DNA of 64,000 nt, taken from the NCBI RefSeq assembly GCF_009914755.1, contig NC_060925.1. One strand, written 5' to 3'. Position numbers and translations under genes: made by a program. The notes beneath the pieces were generated by a model. That model made no database searches and had not been told where the DNA came from. It worked only from the letters and a program-made list of their open reading frames with translations. Position 1 is the first letter of the stretch, and each line of letters opens with the position of its first letter. Origin of the DNA: the human T2T-CHM13v2.0 reference genome, Homo sapiens. This document shows, one piece after another, positions 63,674 to 64,000 of this stretch.

Positions 63674-64000
63674 CTGTGGGGAAGAGGTCAGAGGAGACCA
63701 CTGAGAGCCAACCGAGTGCCTCCACGACCAACTAGGCTTAAGACTCTGGGCACTGCAGAGCATTCTAATAGTACCAAAAGGAGGTGCTATTCTTACTGCC
63801 ATGTTTGACACGGAGGAACTGGGCCCCAAAAGGTAAAGCGATTTGCTTAAGGTCATAGAGCTGGTGTTTGGCAGAGCCGGGAGAAAAATAGCCATGAGCC
63901 TCAAAAGCCTGCCCAACACTCCGACTCTGTCTTGCATCTCTAGTGATGGAGGCAGCCATCATTCAGGTGGGGATTTCACTTACTGCTTAGGCAAGCCCCA

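Overview
Repeat-rich primate genomic DNA, almost certainly human since it carries an AluYa5, recognisable as the TSHB-TSPAN2 locus. The + strand holds the complete three-exon TSHB gene (thyrotropin beta): promoter ~31.1-31.25 kb, non-coding exon 1 31258-31294, CDS 34802-34963 + 35412-35666, 138 aa. The - strand holds the last six exons and ~2.5-kb 3' UTR of TSPAN2 (tetraspanin-2), converging on TSHB. The rest is mostly transposons: a rearranged HERV-L/MLT2A provirus fused to an MSTA MaLR that carries a solo LTR7, a full-length L1PA3/4-type element, a ~7-kb old L1MA-type element that split a MER2, and Alus, L2, MIR and solo LTRs. Most entries in the ORF track are repeat-derived noise. I see no convincing wholly new gene system. 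The best leads are: (1) an open L1 ORF0 and antisense promoter pointing at TSHB, with a splice donor in frame with TSHB exon 2; (2) a uORF plus tandem donor in TSHB exon 1; (3) a GATA-dense tract in TSHB intron 1; (4) an unexplained ~113-nt hairpin at 6446-6558; (5) several repair or retrotransposition scars. Repeat subfamily names and boundaries come from recalled consensus sequences, not from a database run.
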